From: Diplonema japonicum
Taxonomy: Eukaryota; Protista; Euglenozoa: Diplonemea
Direction of reading: 5' to 3'
NCBI GenBank assembly: GCA_964019335.1
Contig: OZ025652.1
Span: forward strand, 496,001-560,000
DNA length: 64,000 nucleotides
Every line of letters begins with the position of its first letter. The first letter of the stretch is position 1. Under the pieces are notes generated by a model. It made no database searches. It saw only the letters and a list, made by a program, of their open reading frames with translations, and was not told the origin of the DNA. Shown here piece by piece: positions 41,634-52,100 of the stretch. Made by a program: the position numbers and the translations under genes.

Positions 41634-42731
41634 TCACAACCTCCACAAGAGATCGAGCATGTAGCCTCTCATCGCGCCAGCATCGACGAGAACGGCTTCC
41701 TCCATCCCGCACAGGAAGGGCTCCACAATCTTCGCAGTGTTCATAAGAAGGTGCACGCCACAGTCGGAGGTGTTTCGTTGCTGCGGGGAAGGGTTGGGGT
41801 TGGCTGATATCGACGAGAATGCGTCTTTAGAAACAAGGGGGTGAAGCGCCCTTGCAAGTACCTCTGCTGCAGCATCGTTAGCCCCGTTGAACGAGTCGTA
41901 TGTACTCCAAGAAGACCCGTCCCAGACAAGAAGCGACCAGTGCGAGCCTGAAACAGCACATTCAGGAGAAGAAGAATTGTTGACAGCTGCAATGAGAATA
42001 TCAGTCCCTGTGAGGTCCCCTACCACGGAAGGATCATTGCCGTGCTGGACCAATAAGGACATAGGGGGTTGTATAAATTTGATTTTTTTCTTCCCTGCCG
42101 CGTTTGTCTTTTCCTGAAGAACCTCGAAGAAGGCTGATATGACAGGGTCCCTCACCCATTTCTTTGGGAGCAACGAGTTCGCGTCAATGCCGTAAACAGT
42201 CACGTCACCAATGGTTTTCTTCCAGTCCATCGGAAGCTTGTCCGGGCGTGTGTTGCTGTCAGCAGTTGTGTCTGGTGGTGCGTCTTCTTCATGGGTGCTG
42301 CTTTTGGGTTCGTTTTCTTCAGATATTTTAGCTTCTTTGACGCCCATGAGTTTCGCTGTTAAACTGCACTTCTCAATTGTATACCTCTCGGACTCCCTTT
42401 TCGATTCCACAGGGGGCTTAACTCTTGCCATTACCTCGTTGATCACACCCCTTCTGCACAATTCTTTCATAACAAACAGCCTTCTGTTGTTTAGGGAAAA
42501 GAACGGTCCGTCCAAGCTTCCTGGTACTGCCGACACCAGTGTGATCGGGGGGAGATCCGCTACCGATATCTTCCCTTCGGCAAGATCGTCCAATGTGTCC
42601 TCCACCCTCCTCCCGCATGAGAACTGCGGCCGCAAACGTGAATGGGTAAACCTCACTTCTAAAGGATTTATCGCCACCAACCCTGCCTGGGCGCTGCCCC
42701 GCCCTGCTTTGTCTCCTTTTTTCTTGCCCAT
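41634..42731 (-). CDS. SENP8: ParB/Srx-like domain fused to a SENP8/NEDP1-type (C48) deneddylase
   Basis: The C-terminal half has an intact triad (GSHWSLLV, YDS, QQRNTSDCGV) and WVRDPVISAFFE. The N-terminal half has VRFTHSRL...LPPITLV...FSLNNRRLFV. Confidence 0.8.
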   Translation of the reverse strand: MGKKKGDKAGRGSAQAGLVAINPLEVRFTHSRLRPQFSCGRRVEDTLDDLAEGKISVADLPPITLVSAVPGSLDGPFFSLNNRRLFVMKELCRRGVINEVMARVKPPVESKRESERYTIEKCSLTAKLMGVKEAKISEENEPKSSTHEEDAPPDTTADSNTRPDKLPMDWKKTIGDVTVYGIDANSLLPKKWVRDPVISAFFEVLQEKTNAAGKKKIKFIQPPMSLLVQHGNDPSVVGDLTGTDILIAAVNNSSSPECAVSGSHWSLLVWDGSSWSTYDSFNGANDAAAEVLARALHPLVSKDAFSSISANPNPSPQQRNTSDCGVHLLMNTAKIVEPFLCGMEEAVLVDAGAMRGYMLDLLWRL

Positions 42732-42912
42732 TTTTTTTTTTCTTTTGCCCCTTCGCCTATTCCTTTTTTTTAAATTACCCCCCCCCCCCCGCTCTCTTTT
42801 TTCAAAAAAATAGGAGGTGGAAAGAAAACACTTTTTTTTTTTTTAAACTTTACTAAAAGATGCGAAGTGTCATTATTGGTGGTTTTTTTTTTTTTTTTTT
42901 TTCCCTTCTTCT

Positions 42913-44073
42913 TCACGCGACTTTTGCTTTAGTTTTGTCGGTTTCCGCGTACCTTATCATCCCAACCAAAGCGCCTCCAAGAACAAGGTGCAAGATCACA
43001 ATTGCGACAGGGACAGTCATGGTGGTGGCCGAGGTCCAGAAGTAAATCAGCGACCCTTGGATGAAGATGGTCCAGAACCACATTGAGATTCTAGAGCCGA
43101 TGTTCCGTTTCGCCGTAGTGACAGGGTAGGGGAACTTGTTGTGGGTTGACGCGTACTCGAGGTCCTTCTCTTTGAGGAGAAATGCATCCTCACACATGGT
43201 CTTGAGTTCCTCATCAGTGGAGGGGACTTCGGAAATGGGTGTTCTTTTAATAGCAAGATGGCATTTGCAAGGCTTGGCCATCAGCAGCTTGCCGAAGGAG
43301 GGCAGTGCCGAGGGGTCCGGGTAGATCGTTACAACACAGACACTCTCAAGCTTTCCCCTCAATGCTTGAACGGATGAAATAAATCCCTTCGATCTCGGCC
43401 ATAAAACATGTTTTAAAACCGGTTTGCCGTTCTTCGCGCACCATTCCTGCGACTCCTTCAGCTTTTGAGGCGATTTTCTGGTCCCTTCTGCGAACAAGGC
43501 GAGCCAGAAATTCGACTTGTAGGAGTTCATTGTTTCGAACGTTTTCCTATTTTTTTTTCTTTCCCCCCCCCCAAAAAAAATTCCATACGCGAGCGTTTTC
43601 TTGTCCGTGTTCCAGTTTCTGTCCAAAAATATATAGTCGGAGAAGTACCAGCACCACCCGAGAATGGGGAGGAATTTGGAGATTTTCTTCATGTAGGCTT
43701 TGCTGTTCTGAAGGATCCCAACCTTCTCAGCTAGGTACCAACCCATCATCCAGTCCACGTCCCCGGCATGGTTGCCTACAAGTATGCAGTTTTCGTTTCG
43801 TGTGTGCTGGCCCTCCTCAACGTATAAGAAGATTTGGAACTCAGCCCACCACTCGGTGGCCCAAATTACAATAAGCCACCACCACCACACAATCCACTCG
43901 TTTATGGTACGGTACATATTCATCGAGAAAGGGTAGACCAAGACGAAATTGAACATTTGCAGTACATTGGTCACAAGCCCGCTCCCAAGCCATGTGACAG
44001 CAATGCTTGGTATAAATATCCCTGTCGCTGCCACCCTGTGGAACAGAGTGTTGTGAGTTTCTTGCTGAGGCAT
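42913..44073 (-). CDS. 1-acyl-sn-glycerol-3-phosphate acyltransferase (AGPAT3/4, plant LPAT2-like), ~372 aa, 1 intron
   Basis: Motifs NHAGDVDW, YIFLDRNW, FAEGTR and HVLWPRSKGF. Start is MPQQ at 44073, with an in-frame intron at 43547-43588. Confidence 0.9.
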   Translation of the reverse strand: MPQQETHNTLFHRVAATGIFIPSIAVTWLGSGLVTNVLQMFNFVLVYPFSMNMYRTINEWIVWWWWLIVIWATEWWAEFQIFLYVEEGQHTRNENCILVGNHAGDVDWMMGWYLAEKVGILQNSKAYMKKISKFLPILGWCWYFSDYIFLDRNWNTDKKTLAYGIFFGGGERKKNRKTFETMNSYKSNFWLALFAEGTRKSPQKLKESQEWCAKNGKPVLKHVLWPRSKGFISSVQALRGKLESVCVVTIYPDPSALPSFGKLLMAKPCKCHLAIKRTPISEVPSTDEELKTMCEDAFLLKEKDLEYASTHNKFPYPVTTAKRNIGSRISMWFWTIFIQGSLIYFWTSATTMTVPVAIVILHLVLGGALVGMIRYAETDKTKAKVA

Positions 44074-44540
44074 TTTTTTTTTCTTTTTTTTTTTCAACCT
44101 TCCCCCCTTTTTTTTGAGTAGAATAACCAACAACAAAAAATCATGGGGGGGGTGGGTAAACGTTTTCAGGAAAAAAAAAAAGCACACAACAAAAAGAGGA
44201 AAGGGAAAGAAGAAACAAAAAAAAAGGTACACGGCCGCACGGACTTTTTTGAAGGCTTCCTTCCTCCCTCTTATTATTCTTTTTTTCCCCCTTTCCACAC
44301 TGCAATTGTTTTTTTTTTCTTTTTTTTTTCCCTTTTGAAAAGGATGTTGGGTAAAATACCTGTCTATTATTATGTTTTCTCCCCCTTTTTTTTTTCTTCC
44401 CTCTCACTATATATGCACACGGGGAACGAGATTTCAAAAAAAAAAAAAAAAAAAGAAGAAATAAAAAAGATGCACACCATTTTCTTTTTTTTTATTATGT
44501 TATTTCTCTTCTTCCCTCCCCCCCCCCCCCCTTCCTTTTC

Positions 44541-45858
44541 CTACGCGTAGGAGAAGCACCCCCACATGAGCCCACCATCATCTTTAATCTGCTTGATAAC
44601 ATCAAGGAAGTTGTCGTTGAAAGAGGGCTGTGTGTGGGGTTTTTTTTTCCCTCCCTTCAATTCCCCCCCCCCCCCCCCCCCCATGTACCTCTTCATCTCC
44701 GAAAAATCCAGCGTTTTCTTCGATTTCCTCAGCAAGGGCTTCTTTGAAAGCCTCGACGGTCACCTTACTCTTGTCAAAATCATCGCTGACCACGTAATCC
44801 TTCACCTTGTCGATGATGGCCTCAATGGTGGCTTCTTCTTTGCCGTGAACTTCAATGCTGATGGAGAACGGCTTCAGCTGATTCTCCATTGCACCCTTGC
44901 ACTGCACCTGTTTGCCTCTTGCGATGGGTCCAACTTCTTCCCCAACGAATGTCATGCAGATCCATTTCGTGCGGCGGTAAGCGCCGGACCCGAATGCCAG
45001 TCGAAGCAGCCCGTATAGAACCTTACCTTCCTCAAGGTATTCATGCATTTCTTCGATGGACTTGCTGCCTGCGTTGAACATGGTCAGCGGGTCGGGGCTG
45101 GGCTCGAGAAGGCACCAGTTGAACTTACCCAGGCTTTTTCGGAGTTCGACCAAAACTGCGTCCTCCTTGATACCCATGTCCTTTGCTGTCTTCCTTGCAC
45201 CTCCAGGCGACGCGGGAGAGGCTTCCTTGATACGCTTCTCCATATCAGCACGGAGCTGCGCAGTGGAGAAGTTGCCACTGTCGGTCACGAAGACATGTTT
45301 GAGCTCTTGAACTGCAGATTCGATGGTGCATTCTGACTTCTGGGAAATGTTATATGTCGCGTGAGTTGATCCAAAGAGCTTGGCAACTTCACCTGCTTTT
45401 TGTACGTTTTTGGCGCGTTTCAAAGGAGGACACTTTTCGCCTGTCCACACCACGTTGATCATCTTGTTCCTTGTGAAGGTCCCGCTCCCCATGGGGACCA
45501 TCACCAACCCGAACTGCACCTTGTTGTCGTCCAAGACCTCGGACATCTCGTCGATCATCCCATTCCCTACCCCGTCCACCACCAGTTCTCCAGGAGCTGC
45601 CGTTTTCTTCGGCTCCTTTGCTTTTGTCACAGTTGTTTCGACCTGTGGTTCCTTCTCCTTCTCCTTCTCCTTCTCTTTTGCTGCTGCAGCTTCTCCCTTT
45701 CTCTTTTTTTCCTCCAGTTCTTTTTCCGCGGCTGCGCTCTTCTTTGCTTCCTTCTCCTCTTCCTCCCTCAACGTGCTGAGGTGTCCTTCAAGCATCCCCT
45801 TCACCCTTTCGCTTTTGCATTCCGAAAGAAACGTCTCGAGCTCCTTAATCGGAGACAT
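44541..45858 (-). CDS. Tandem ADF-H (coactosin-like) actin-binding protein, ~418 aa, 1 intron
   Basis: Two repeats of G.G...EM...L.D.KV..GL....G.G...R.K.....W/F.GE...P..R.K. Intron 44628-44688 adds a last exon PSFNDNFLDVIKQIKDDGGLMWGCFSYA. Confidence 0.8.
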
Positions 45859-45917
45859 AGTGTGGTTTGTGTTGTGCTGCGGTTGCCGTTCTTAGTGTTG
45901 CCTTGGGGGGGGTACAT

Positions 45918-46491
45918 AATAACTATTTATTGCCAACAAATAATGAGTCATTATTTAACTCGAGTTCCCGAATTTTTTGCACGAGGGCCCGCAGGGCCCG
46001 AGTGCAAAAAAACGGGTAACGAGTGTTAAATAATGGCTCATTTGGCGGCAAGTAAGTCGTTTTATTTCACTCTTCGTCATTTGAGTCACTCACTCTTCAC
46101 TGCTTTCACTGCTGTTTTTTTTTCACGCAGGTCAGCTTTTTGGGGATTTTCCTAAGGTAATACAGGTAGCTATTTCGCCGTGGCATTTAAAGGGGAAGTA
46201 AGGCACTTATTCCCACTTTTAAGGGCTGGAATGGCCTCAGATGGCCAAAAATAGTCAAAATACCCCCACCCCAAAAAAATTTTTCAAGGGGTTGGGTGCA
46301 TTTTTTTCCACGACAAGACCCATTTTTTCACTCTGAAGGGCCATTATTTAACTGCAAAATCTCATTATTTAACTAGTTAAATAATGGCGATTTCGCGTTA
46401 AATAATGGCCGTTTCGCGTTAAATAATGGCCATTTCGCGTTAAATAATGAGGCCCCTAGTGAGTGAAGAAAATGACGAAGAGTGAAATAAA
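45918..46491. mobile_element. 574-bp non-coding hairpin element, copy 2
   Basis: Same orientation as 12719-13292 and, by eye, identical apart from two 1-nt homopolymer indels. Confidence 0.85.
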
Positions 46492-46641
46492 GACTTTTTT
46501 TTTCCTTCTTTTTTTTTGCCTTTCTTTTTTCTACCTGTCCAGCTGAACGGTCGTGTTCTTTTTATTCTATTTGTTTTTTTTTTTTTTTTTTTCTTTTCTT
46601 TTGCACAAAAGTTCTCTATAATAAGTACTCATGACCCGCGG

Positions 46642-48561
46642 TCACAGGTCATTGACATCTATCACAGGATGAGGCGGAGGAGTAGCAGTAGCAGTGGGCA
46701 GAGGTGTTGGAAGAGAAGCAGGTGTAGGTACTGGGTCCGGGATGGGAGGGGCAGCGTCTAGAGGTGCAGGAGCGAAGCTGGGGGGGAGAGGGAGAGATTT
46801 TTTCGTGCGCTTGTCGACGACGGCCTTTGTAAGGGTATCGAACTTGAAGTTGAGAGAGTCGTTGGCATGCTTGTTCACTGCGAGGGTGATGTTGTTCTCC
46901 TTGACGCGGTGCCGCAGCTGCTGCAGCTCGGGGTCTTCGTAGTAGTTGATGGGATTCTCAGGCCCTTGCGAGACCATTTCTGGCATCGCCACGTCGTCCT
47001 CAGGCAGGTAGCTCTCCCGATGTGCGTCGTCATCCGAGAAGACATCAAGCTCCGACAGCGCCGCCGTCGTCTCCAGCTTCACATCGTTGTCTTCGGTCTC
47101 TGTCTCCATCGCCACGTCTTCTTCGTTCCTCGGCGTCAGCCCCTGCACGTCATCCTCCCCACTCCCTTCCGTCTCGGTCGCTACCTCCAGCATCGGCTCC
47201 TCCAGAGCCTCGATCTCAGGCTTGTTTGTTTTCTTCTTTTGAGTGGGCCCTGTCTTGTGGCAGCATTTCAGGCACACTAACGCTATTAGTCCAATCAGCA
47301 GGAGCAGCGACGCGCCTACAATGATCAAGATGATCATCAGACTGCTGCTGCTGCTGCTGCCCTCGTCGACCACCTCCGTCTCCGTCACGACCCCACCACC
47401 GTTCCCCGGGCTCGGTGTTTGCGGCGCCACCGTCGGCACTGCTGTTGGCGGTGCATCCGTCGTGCACAGTGCCCAGACGGCGGTCCCTGTCCACCTGTTG
47501 TCGACACGGTGGTAGGACACCACGTTGCTGACCTCGCCGACTGCACACCCGCCGCACGCCATGATGAGCGGGAAGCTGTTCGCCAGCGGGAAGGAGTGGT
47601 TCGGGCCGTTCATGGGGATGGTTTTCTGTATCTGGACTTGCTGCGCCGTGCGCTGCTCAGACCACCCTGTGGTGTCTACCAGTTCACCCCTGTCCTGGTC
47701 CCCGAGCACGTACTCCTGTATGGTGGTCGGCGACACGGTCACTGTCCACGAGTCCTGCATCCTGGCTCCGAAACCAAACGCGAACCACGTGTCGGAGGGC
47801 CCTGTTGCCGTCACGGTGATGTCCTCATCATCCTTTAGGAAGTTCAGAGTGATTGAGGACCAAGAGGCATCGGCACATAGTTTGATGGGCGGGGGTGGTG
47901 GTTCAGGTGTGGCGGGGGCCGGGGTAGGGCCGATGGCAGGGCCGCTGCCTGGATTAGGAGTTGCAGGAGCGGGCGTGTCAGGAGCAGGAGTGTTAGGAGC
48001 AGTTGTGTCCTTACTTGCGGGTGCAGGTGTGTCGGGGGCATTTGTGGGGGTGGCCGTCGCAGGTGCAGGCGTGGCTGGCGCTGGTGTAGCAGGCGCATTG
48101 GTAGCTGCGGGCAGTGCTTTGTATAAAATCTCACTTGTCTCCGAGCTGGTCCCAAGCAGGACTGCCCAGACCTTCCATGCTTTGGACGCGTCACCTTCAT
48201 CTTTCACGTAGATGCCAACGTTCTGCAGTCGTGTCGACCCACCTGTTAGCTTCCTTGCCCACCCAGGGCTGGTCAAGCCGTTGCTGCAGTCCGAATTCTG
48301 AGGAAGGACATCAGGCATGTTGGCAAGCCCCATGCCCGTCCCAAGCCACACACACAAGGTCCTGTTCCCACTGGGGCTCATCACAATTAAGTATGGGTCA
48401 GGCACCCCAATGCTAAAATGCATCTCAGTACCAGCACAGCTCGGATCGCTACTTGACGGTGCCCCCGTCACGGCCGTTCCTAAATCCAAATCGAAACAAG
48501 TCTGCTGGTTTACAATAACCCCATATGACAATGCAGCCACTGCCCAACTAAGGATAGACAT
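46642..48561 (-). CDS. Type I membrane/surface protein: signal peptide, Pro/Thr/Ala stalk, DOMON-like domain, TM helix, acidic tail (~639 aa)
   Basis: Start MSILSWAVAALSYG (ATG 48561). (APATP/APDTP)n repeats, then GPSDTWFAFGFGARM...YH, then TM LMIILIIVGASLLLLIGLIALVCL. Confidence 0.75.
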   Translation of the reverse strand: MSILSWAVAALSYGVIVNQQTCFDLDLGTAVTGAPSSSDPSCAGTEMHFSIGVPDPYLIVMSPSGNRTLCVWLGTGMGLANMPDVLPQNSDCSNGLTSPGWARKLTGGSTRLQNVGIYVKDEGDASKAWKVWAVLLGTSSETSEILYKALPAATNAPATPAPATPAPATATPTNAPDTPAPASKDTTAPNTPAPDTPAPATPNPGSGPAIGPTPAPATPEPPPPPIKLCADASWSSITLNFLKDDEDITVTATGPSDTWFAFGFGARMQDSWTVTVSPTTIQEYVLGDQDRGELVDTTGWSEQRTAQQVQIQKTIPMNGPNHSFPLANSFPLIMACGGCAVGEVSNVVSYHRVDNRWTGTAVWALCTTDAPPTAVPTVAPQTPSPGNGGGVVTETEVVDEGSSSSSSLMIILIIVGASLLLLIGLIALVCLKCCHKTGPTQKKKTNKPEIEALEEPMLEVATETEGSGEDDVQGLTPRNEEDVAMETETEDNDVKLETTAALSELDVFSDDDAHRESYLPEDDVAMPEMVSQGPENPINYYEDPELQQLRHRVKENNITLAVNKHANDSLNFKFDTLTKAVVDKRTKKSLPLPPSFAPAPLDAAPPIPDPVPTPASLPTPLPTATATPPPHPVIDVNDL

Positions 48562-49103
48562 GGGTAAGGATAAGGGTGGAAGGGTACACCCTCTTTTTTT
48601 TTTTTGATTCCCCCAACCTTTTTTTTTTCTTAGATGGTGGTAGCCAAAACAAAGCAACAAGAAATTTGATAGGAACAAGAGTCAAGGGAAGGGGAAAAAA
48701 AAAAGAAATTCAAAATAAAAAAAGAGGGAATAAAGGGGAAGGAAAATAATAAACATAAAGAAGCAAAATAAAAAAGAGGGTGGATAAAACACGTGGTAGG
48801 GAAAGTAATTTGTCTGTATTGTTTGCTGGTTTTCCCTTCGTTTTTTTTTTTTTTTTTTCTTCTTCTTTTATTTTTTGTTTCCCCAGGACTAAAGTTAACT
48901 TGCCTTCGCTCGTAAAAGCAAGGTCTGGAGGGGGAAGTTAAAATTCGCAAAAAAAGGGGGTAATAGATTTTTTTTTCTTCTTAAAATGAGAATCATCAAA
49001 GGGTATAAAAGGAAGAGGAAAAGAAAAAAAAAATAAATAAAACTATTTACGAGTGGAAGAAAAATAAAAATAAAAAAATAAAAATAAAAAAGAGCTTTTT
49101 GTT

Positions 49104-52100
49104 TTAAAACTGGGTCCTCTCTTCTGCCTCTTCCATCGCCTCGTGTTGCTGCTGAAGGTACATGAGTTCTAGTGTGGCATTTCTCGCCTTGAATCCTCGG
49201 AATTGTGCTTGAATTCGTGTTGCGGCCTTGGCCCTTGTTTCCTCGTCAGTAACAACAGAGCGAACCTCTGCTAAGAGCGATTTGTAAATCACTTCAGCTT
49301 CACCTAAGGCGTCTTCGGTGATTTCTTCCCTGCAGAAGGTCTCGTCCTCTGTGAGATCCTCCAGCGCTTCGTTACCGCGAGATGCCTTGAGATCTTTTAC
49401 TCTCTTTCGGGCCTGTTTTTTTTTTTTTTTTTTTCCTTTCTCTTTTTTTTTCTCGAATACCTGCCTCGCCCTCCACTGCGACTGTATTTTCGTTGCCGAC
49501 TTGTGTTGCTGTAGTTTTGCATCCTCCTTTCCTTGTTTCTCCTTCCTTGCTTCGCGGCACCTCCATTGTGTCTGTATCTTAGTTGCAGCCTGATCCTTCC
49601 CATGCGCCACTGTTTCTTCCTCTTGCGAGATCTCGTCCTTCAATTCTTTTTCCTTCGCCGCTGTTTTGCTTGCCTTCCTTGCGGCCCTCCCCCTGGCTGC
49701 AGCTTGGATTGTCGTTGCAGCTTTGCTTTCTTTTTCCAGCGTCTCTGTCTGCCGCTTTTCAAATTTCTCCTCGTACTTCGTCCTTGCGTCGTGCCCACGC
49801 CACCTCGTCTGGATCTTGGCTGCGGCATTGTCCCTCTCTATGCGTTCCTCCTCCTTCTTCAACTCGTCTCTCTCTTTCTCTAAACGTTCTAACTTCTTCT
49901 TTTTTAAATCTTCCCGTGCGGCATGACCCCTGTACTGTGCTTGCAGCTTTGTCGCAGCTTCCTGTTCTTCCTTCTCCACTGCCTGCTTGGCTGCGTCTTC
50001 CCTCTGACGCTCGTCCAGCTGCTTGATTTTCCGGTTCTCTTTCATCTCTTGGACTTCTTTCCTGTCTTGTTTGCCCTTCCACTGGGACTGGATCTTAGTA
50101 GCTGCATTATTCTGCTCTTGGAGATGGTTTTCTTCTCTCTTTGCGTTCACACGATCCTGTGCGGCATGAGCCCTGTATTTGGTTTGGATTTTCAGAGCTG
50201 CCTTATCCATCTCAGCAGTACGCTCAAGCTCGACTTCCTCGTGCTGTGTGGTGGTCGGGGTTGCCGTGCCACATACCTCTACGAGCTTCCGGTACTCAAG
50301 CTCGAACTTGGCGATCCTGCACCTATACAGGCACTGGATAGTCCTTGCGGCACGGTGGCGTCGCTCGTTGTACACGATAGAACTGATCTTAGCGTCGCGC
50401 TCCTACGGGTGCTTCACACACACTGGGGCACATACCTCCCGCTTGGTTTTTGCCGTGCGTCTTGCTTTCCCGGACCTCACCATGCACTGCATTGTGGTCG
50501 CTGCCTTGTTGATCTCAAGATCCCGCTCCTCCTTCGCTCGCTTGAGGGAGAGCGCTTCGATCTCCTGCTTCGCCTCGAACCTGCGGGATTTCTCTTTCCT
50601 AGCAAGATGGCATCTCGTGGCTCGCTGTGGCGGGTGGTTGCTGTAGACATTTGCATACCTGTATGACACGCGTAGACTTGTCCTCCTCGGCCTTCTTCTT
50701 GCGAAGCTCTTCGTTGCGTGTCTTGTTTTCCCCCATCCACTTCCTCTGGAAGCGAGCATTGTAGCACCTCCACGCACACTGTATCACTATAGCCGCTGCC
50801 TCTTCCTTCTCGCGCCTTGCTTGGGTAGCCGCCTGTCGTGCTGTCAGGATCTCGTGTTCCTTGACTTCTTTCTTCTTGCGTGTAGTTTCTGATTGTTGCA
50901 GTTTTTGCTTCTTTTCCCTTCTCCAAGCAGCTTCAAAGCGAGCATTGAAGCACCTATAAGCACATTGGATTGTGGTGGCAGCGGTTTCTATCCTGGTTTC
51001 TTCTTCGGATTTCATTCGCTTTTGGAGTTCCTTGGATTCGAGTCTCTTGCGCCTCTCTTCACGTGCCATCCTGCAGCGGTACATGCACTGAACGGTAGTC
51101 GCTGCAGAGTCCTGGAGCCCTTGCTCGTCAGCAAGCATCTCCTTAGTGCGCCTGGCGTTCCGCTCGCTCCTCTTCCACTTTAGCATAAACTTAGAGTTGT
51201 AACACTTGTACGCCCTTTGGATTATGACAGCGGCGTTAGTGCGCCTTGCTGCTTCCTCTTCCTCCACCTGGGCAGCCTTCTGTTTATCTGCAAGTTTTGC
51301 CTCTTGTTGCTCGTGCTGTGTGTGTTGTGTTTGAATCGCGTTGCACGCATACCTCCTCATCTTGTTTCACCTTCTGTTTCTGGATTTCCTCCTTCTGTTT
51401 CTTTTTGGCCTTGACCTCCTGTCTTGCAAGGTGGCAACGCAGCTGCTTCTGTATTACGATAGCACTCGTTTCGCTTTTGCTTTTCTGTAAAGCTTCCCTC
51501 TTTTTGTTCCTTCTCCAAGAGGCCTCGAACCTTGCATTATAGCACCGCCACGCCCTTTGGATGGTACAAGCAGCTTCTTCTTGGAGCTTGTTCTGCTCCG
51601 CTTCTGTGTTCTTCATGTCTTGAAGCTCCTTTCTGCGTTGCGTTTCGGTCTTTGCCTGCTTTACACGGACGCTGCGTTGTATTGTGCGTGCTGCTGGATC
51701 TTCAACAGTCTCGCACCTGTGTTGCTTTGCTCGAGCGGCCTGTTCCCTCCCTTTGGTGCCTCTCCAGTTTTTTTGTATCGTGGTGGCGGAGTTGTCATGA
51801 AGCATGTCAGCCTGCGCCTTTTCGTACTGTTCTTCGTGAATTTCGGTTTTTCTCTGCTTCGCAAGCACTCTTCCCTGTGCGCCTCTGAATAGAGCCTGTA
51901 TTGTCATCACGGCAAAAACACGTGTATTCTGCATGCGTGTTACCTTCCCACCCCAGTTGCGTTGGATTATTTGTGCAGCTGAACTCTCCCTCTCCTGCCG
52001 TTCCCTCTCTTCGGCTTCCTGGAAGATTCGTTGCTTTTCGTTCCTTGCTGCTTTGCACGTTTCCACAGCAACAACTTGACGATACTTGCACTGAATGGTG

